Source: an uncultured Bacteroidota bacterium (lineage in GTDB: Bacteria > Bacteroidota > Bacteroidia > Chitinophagales > Chitinophagaceae). From it: DNA of 64,000 bases. The DNA is taken from the NCBI GenBank assembly GCA_963730425.1, contig CAVSRV010000011.1, positions 240,092 through 304,091 on the forward strand, read 5' to 3'. The first letter of the stretch is position 1; every line of letters starts with the position of its first letter. Shown piece by piece: positions 59,359-64,000 of the stretch. Position numbers and translations under genes: made by a program. A model generated the notes under the pieces. That model did no database searches, had not been told where the DNA came from, and saw nothing but the letters and a program-made list of their open reading frames with translations.

Positions 59359-60741
59359 ATGACCAATAGGGATCAGGCATCAACTTTTTTTGATAAGAGC
59401 GGCACCAAGGCTGCTGATCTGGATCATCGGAATAAAATCAATTATAATATTGGTAAATACAATGCTGTGGTCCCTCAGGGCAAACAGCAATACGATAATA
59501 TCAATCTGGCCCGCGAAAGAGCCAAAAACATTAAATGGCGTTCCCTGGAAACACTCGATCAGCAGTTGGAAAGATTCGAGCAGGCTTTTACAAAGCGTGG
59601 AGGTAAACTGATTTGGGCCGAAGATAGTGCTGAAGCCCTCAGGGAGATCCTGACTATTTGTAAAGCAAAGCAATGCAGGGCTATTGTGAAAAGTAAAAGT
59701 ATGGTAACCGAGGAAATTCATTTGAATGTATTTCTTTCTGAAAATAATATCGAGAGCCTCGAAACGGATCTTGGAGAATATATACAGCAACTGGACGGCG
59801 AACCACCATACCATATCGTTACACCTGCCATGCATAAAAGCAAGGAAGATATTGCCAGGTTATTTCATGAAAAATTAAACACGGCACCGGGGCTTTCACC
59901 TTCAGAACTAACGCTTATTGCGAGGCAGAATATGCGACAGAAATATCTGGAAGCGGAAATAGGAATTACCGGTGCTAATTTTATAATTGCAGACACAGGA
60001 AGTATTGCGATATCAGAAAATGAAGGCAATGCCAGGTTATGTTCCTCATATCCAAAAACGCATATCGTTATAACAGGAATAGAAAAAGTGATTCCGTCGC
60101 TCAATGATCTTGCACTGTTCTGGCCACTGCTGGCTACGTTTGGAACAGGTCAGCGCGTGACGAGTTATAATTCCATCATTTCTGGTCCCAGGCAAGCAGG
60201 AGAATACGATGGACCCGATGAAATGTATGTTATATTACTTGACAACGGCCGTTCCAATATGCTTGCAAATACCAAGCTTAGAGAGAGTCTTTATTGTATC
60301 CGTTGTGGGGCCTGTTTAAATGCCTGTCCGGTATATAAAAATATTGGAGGGCATAGTTATGGAACAACGTATAGTGGCCCGATCGGGGCGGTAATCACAC
60401 CACATCTTAAGAATATTGGAGAATGGAAACACCTGAGTTATGCATCTTCGTTATGCGGTAACTGCACAGAAGTATGCGCCGTGAAAATAAACCTGCACGA
60501 ATTACTTTTAGAAAACAGGCATGAAGCTGTTCAGGAAGGAGCAGCCGGCTGGATGGAAAAATTGGCGTGGAAAGGATGGAAGCAGGCAAGCCTGCATAGG
60601 AAATGGATGAATATGGGCAACTCAAAAATAAAGAACTGGTTTATCAATCGGGTATTCCGTGGATGGAACAGGCAAAGAGCCGACCTGCATTTCCCTGAAA
60701 AGAGTTTTAATCAGCGTTGGACTGAAAAGCATAAACTCTGA
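59359..60741 (+). CDS. lutB: LutB/LldF family lactate-utilisation Fe-S protein
   Basis: KSKSMVTEEI, ETDLGEYI, HIVTPAMH, CIRCGACLNACP and SSLCGNCTEVC motifs. Confidence 0.92.
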   Translation: MTNRDQASTFFDKSGTKAADLDHRNKINYNIGKYNAVVPQGKQQYDNINLARERAKNIKWRSLETLDQQLERFEQAFTKRGGKLIWAEDSAEALREILTICKAKQCRAIVKSKSMVTEEIHLNVFLSENNIESLETDLGEYIQQLDGEPPYHIVTPAMHKSKEDIARLFHEKLNTAPGLSPSELTLIARQNMRQKYLEAEIGITGANFIIADTGSIAISENEGNARLCSSYPKTHIVITGIEKVIPSLNDLALFWPLLATFGTGQRVTSYNSIISGPRQAGEYDGPDEMYVILLDNGRSNMLANTKLRESLYCIRCGACLNACPVYKNIGGHSYGTTYSGPIGAVITPHLKNIGEWKHLSYASSLCGNCTEVCAVKINLHELLLENRHEAVQEGAAGWMEKLAWKGWKQASLHRKWMNMGNSKIKNWFINRVFRGWNRQRADLHFPEKSFNQRWTEKHKL

Positions 60742-60743
60742 AC

Positions 60744-62054
60744 ATGCTTTTTTACAGTGATTATAGCAGTCCGAGACTGAAATATATTTTGGGCCTGATC
60801 AGTGATGAAATCTTAAACGAATCATTTACACTGACCCTGGATAAAGAGGCATTCAAAACTTATGTGGGAGCAAAGCTTAATTATTCAGATGCCAGGTTAT
60901 CGGAAAACGAATTTTTTATTGAGCATCATAGTTTACTTAGGGAAACAGGTATATGCGAACAGCAAATTAACAGGACGGATATTTCAGGTAGACCCGCTTT
61001 TTTTCAAACTTCGGGAGATTTCCCTTTCGATATTTTTGCGGCTTCTTTTTTTCTCGTTAGCAGATATGAGGAATATCTTTCTTTTCAACCCGATAAATTT
61101 GGTCGCTTTCCACACACAGCTTCCCTCGCTTTCAAAGAAAATTTTCTTGATTTCCCTTTGATAAATTACTGGCTGGAAGATTTCAAAGTCGCGCTCCGTC
61201 AGAAATTTCCGGACCTGATCTTTCGAATGAAGGATTTTAAATTTATTCCGACATACGACATTGATATAGCATATTCTTATAAATATAAAGGTCTGAAACG
61301 CAATCTGGGCGGATTTTTCAGATCTGTCATCACAGGTCAGTGGGCCTATCTGCTGGATCGCTGGGATGTATTATTTAATAAGAAAAAGGATCCATTTGAT
61401 TCATACGAATGGCTGGATTCGCTGCATCTTTATTGCAGGACCCGGGCATATTATTTTTTTCTGCTGGCAAAAAAACAAATGGGCGTCGATAAGAATATTT
61501 CTCCCGACAATCCGGCATTGCAGTCTCTGATTGCTTATCATGCAAGCGGCTATACAGTGGGAATTCATCCATCATGGCAAAGCGGCGATGAGCAGGCCGT
61601 TTTGATGGAAGAAGTGGATGAGCTGGAAAATATAATAAAGTCACCTGTTAAATATAGCCGTCAGCATTATATCCGCATGTCGCTTCCCACAACCTATACC
61701 AGGCTGATCGACGTAGGTATCGAGAAAGATTTTTCCATGGGATACGGCTCGTCTAACGGATTTCGCGCATCTATTGCCTCCTCTTTTTATTGGTATGATC
61801 TCAAGGCGGAAAAAAAGACCAGTCTTATGGTATTTCCGTTTTGTTTTATGGATTCGAATTCTTTTTATCAAAGTAAATCGAGTCCGAAGGAAGCATTTAC
61901 TGAACTGATGAAATATTACCGGAAAATTAAACAGATCAACGGGCTAATGGTCACTGCCTGGCACAATAATTTTTTTGGCTCAGATCCGATGTTTTCAGGC
62001 TGGAAAGAAGTGTATGAGGTGTTTCTGAAAGATCAGATTTACTGGGATATGTGA
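60744..62054 (+). CDS. Polysaccharide deacetylase-like protein (DUF7033-type)
   Basis: DIFAASFFLVSRYEEY, TYDIDIAY, GIHPSW, SRQHYIR and TAWHN motifs. Confidence 0.8.
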   Translation: MLFYSDYSSPRLKYILGLISDEILNESFTLTLDKEAFKTYVGAKLNYSDARLSENEFFIEHHSLLRETGICEQQINRTDISGRPAFFQTSGDFPFDIFAASFFLVSRYEEYLSFQPDKFGRFPHTASLAFKENFLDFPLINYWLEDFKVALRQKFPDLIFRMKDFKFIPTYDIDIAYSYKYKGLKRNLGGFFRSVITGQWAYLLDRWDVLFNKKKDPFDSYEWLDSLHLYCRTRAYYFFLLAKKQMGVDKNISPDNPALQSLIAYHASGYTVGIHPSWQSGDEQAVLMEEVDELENIIKSPVKYSRQHYIRMSLPTTYTRLIDVGIEKDFSMGYGSSNGFRASIASSFYWYDLKAEKKTSLMVFPFCFMDSNSFYQSKSSPKEAFTELMKYYRKIKQINGLMVTAWHNNFFGSDPMFSGWKEVYEVFLKDQIYWDM

Positions 62055-62065
62055 ATTGTATTTGT

Positions 62066-63571
62066 CTAGTGCTTAAAATGTCGCATTCCGGTAATTACCA
62101 TGACAAGTCCATTCTGTTTACAAAATTCTATACTATCCTTATCGCGAATGGAGCCGCCAGGTTGAATAAAACTTGTAATTCCTTCTGCGGCTGCAATGTG
62201 AACACAATCGTCGAACGGGAAGAAAGCATCAGAAGCCAGGGAAGCACCTTTCAGGCTGAACTTAAACTGATGCGCTTTTTCTATGGCCTGCCTTAGGGAA
62301 TCTATACGGCTGGTCTGGCCACAGCCTTTTCCAATAAGCTGTTTATCTTTTATCAGTGCAATCGCATTTGATTTCAGGTGTTTACATACGAGATTACCAA
62401 AGATTAAATCCCCTTTTTCTTTATCAGTACTTTCTCTTCCACCAGATTCTTCCCATTTCAGATAATTTCCCTTATCTGCATCCTGCACCAGAACACCATT
62501 GAGCAGAGATTTTTTTATCAATGCTTCCACAGGACGGTTAGACAATTGAAGCAGAATACGGTTCTTTTTTGACTTTAAGATTTCCAACGCATCATTTGTA
62601 AATGATGGTGCGATGAGAACTTCAAAAAATAATTCGCGCATGGCTTCTGCGGTGGCTGAATCAATTTCATTGTTACATACTAACACACCGCCGAATGCAC
62701 TCTCCGGGTCTCCCGACAATGCATGATCCCATGCGTCTTTTGTTGAATGCCGTGCAGCTATACCACAAACGTTAGTATGTTTGATGATTGCAAAAACAGT
62801 CTTCTCTTCAAATTCATTTATGAGTTGAATAGCTGCGTCTATATCTACAAGGTTGTTGTATGAAATTTCCTTTCCATGCAACTGTTGAAAAATGTTTTCC
62901 CAGTCTCCTTCGAAATAAGCCTGCTGGTGTGGATTTTCCCCATAACGCAGGTGTTTAATGGGTCTGAAGCCTCCAACAGGTTTGCCAGGATTAAAATATT
63001 CATGAATGGCAAGATCGTATCCGGCAACCACGTCAAAAGCTTTTGCAGCAAGCTCTTTCCTTTGTTCGAGGGTCAGTTCTCCCTGTTGGTCAGTCAATAA
63101 CTTTTCAAGGTGAGAATAATCTTTTTTATCTGCGATGACAGCTACATGTGAGAAATTTTTTGCTGCTGCACGAATCATCGAGGGCCCTCCTATATCAATC
63201 TTTTCGATGATTGCTTTTTCCTCCCTGGTATTGGCTACCGTTTCCTGAAAAGGATACAGATCTACAATAACCAGATCGATTTCGGGAATCTTGAATTGTT
63301 TCATTTCCTCCATGTCCTTCGTTTCTTCCCTTCTGCCCAGTATACCACCAAATATAGAAGGATGTAGAGTTTTGACACGGCCTCCCAGTATTGACGGGTA
63401 GCTCGTAAGTTCTTCTGCTGCCGTACAGGATATACCTAATCCTTCAATAAATGATTTTGTCCCACCAGTCGAAATTATTCTCACACCCAGTTTATTCAGT
63501 TGCCTGACAATGGGTTCAAGACCATCCTTATAGAAAACAGATATAAGTGCGGATTGTATTTTTTTTATCAT
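62066..63571 (-). CDS. purH: Bifunctional AICAR formyltransferase/IMP cyclohydrolase
   Basis: ALISVF.K, STGGT, GRVKTLHP, IDIGGPSM, LRYGENPHQ and SDAFFPF motifs. Confidence 0.97.
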   Translation of the reverse strand: MIKKIQSALISVFYKDGLEPIVRQLNKLGVRIISTGGTKSFIEGLGISCTAAEELTSYPSILGGRVKTLHPSIFGGILGRREETKDMEEMKQFKIPEIDLVIVDLYPFQETVANTREEKAIIEKIDIGGPSMIRAAAKNFSHVAVIADKKDYSHLEKLLTDQQGELTLEQRKELAAKAFDVVAGYDLAIHEYFNPGKPVGGFRPIKHLRYGENPHQQAYFEGDWENIFQQLHGKEISYNNLVDIDAAIQLINEFEEKTVFAIIKHTNVCGIAARHSTKDAWDHALSGDPESAFGGVLVCNNEIDSATAEAMRELFFEVLIAPSFTNDALEILKSKKNRILLQLSNRPVEALIKKSLLNGVLVQDADKGNYLKWEESGGRESTDKEKGDLIFGNLVCKHLKSNAIALIKDKQLIGKGCGQTSRIDSLRQAIEKAHQFKFSLKGASLASDAFFPFDDCVHIAAAEGITSFIQPGGSIRDKDSIEFCKQNGLVMVITGMRHFKH

Positions 63572-63608
63572 AGATAAACTTTAAACAGGCAAAAACAATG
63601 AGGGAGCG

Positions 63609-63616
63609 CAAATTTA
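63609..63616 (-). promoter_or_regulatory. -7 promoter element for purH
   Basis: Reverse strand reads TAAATTTG. Confidence 0.5.
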
Positions 63617-63645
63617 CAGTAATCGGTTTTCCCTGCAAAGTCAGG

Positions 63646-64000
63646 TTAATGAATCATCCGCATAATTTGAAATAATGAGATGTTTAAGAGACCTGCAATC
63701 AGCCACAGTTTTTGTTTTAGATGCAGAAACTGGTAAAAACAAAATATGACAATATATACCAGTGTAAGTTGAGGCAGGGTTAATGTCAACTGAGAAATAA
63801 CTGCTCCTGGTAAATTCGAAATATAAATTATGAATTCATTCAGGAAATATATCACTAAACCCAACAGCCATCCAAGGAACTGACCCAAAGGTTGGAAAAA
63901 CGAACATGTACATAACAAAATTCCTCCTATCAGGACCCCGCTTGACAAAGGAACTGCGAGAAGGTTGGCAAACAGGAAATAACTCGGAAATCTGTGGAAA
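63646..64000 (-). CDS. comEC: ComEC/Rec2 competence protein, 3' part (5'-truncated by window)
   Basis: Frame open from the window end: FHRFPSYFLFANLLAVPLSS..YISNLPGAVI, typical of the ComEC membrane domain. Confidence 0.78.
   Translation of the reverse strand, partial: FHRFPSYFLFANLLAVPLSSGVLIGGILLCTCSFFQPLGQFLGWLLGLVIYFLNEFIIYISNLPGAVISQLTLTLPQLTLVYIVIFCFYQFLHLKQKLWLIAGLLNISLFQIMRMIH

Noticed and set aside
61-63948. The many 60-150-aa antisense or alternate-frame ORFs in the track (e.g. 40353-41342, 59380-59835)
   Set aside because: They lie entirely within well-supported genes and show no recognisable motifs, so I treat them as shadow ORFs.
48169-64000. Competence island (comF, radA, ssb, comEC)
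   Set aside because: These genes are interspersed with housekeeping genes in ordinary Bacteroidota order; there are no island boundaries or pilus genes.

Overview
Core-chromosome segment of a Bacteroidota bacterium, most likely Chitinophagaceae-like. Support for this: gldE/gldD, a TAnnTTTG promoter motif upstream of many genes, and typical Bacteroidota gene order (mutY-ssb-gldE-gldD; hup-TPR-bS22-rne; rhomboid-rhomboid-EEP). It holds about 57 genes, mostly housekeeping (murA, gmk, tatC, adk, msrB, cysS, rlmD, kdsB, obgE, serC, holB, radA, rne, mutY, ssb, purH, comEC), plus a TetR-TolC-MFP-RND efflux operon and glycan/LPS genes. I saw no rRNA, tRNA, CRISPR, transposase or reverse transcriptase. 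The main unexplained structure is a set of six intergenic inverted pairs of short tandem 7-mer (one 8-mer) arrays. Each has one arm within about 0-5 nt of an upstream stop codon. One pair encloses an apparently promoterless Avd-like four-helix-bundle gene; the other five enclose only about 25-76 bp of AT-rich spacer, which resembles a filled/empty cassette family with no encoded recombinase. Secondary points: a kdsB-ROK-kdnB-GT14 cluster with no kdnA, an unannotated 31-aa bS22-like ribosomal protein gene, a rhomboid lacking both catalytic residues, a secreted protein with 14 O-glycosylation sequons, and four +1 frameshifts in 11.8-14.6 kb (one in cysS) that are probably sequence errors.
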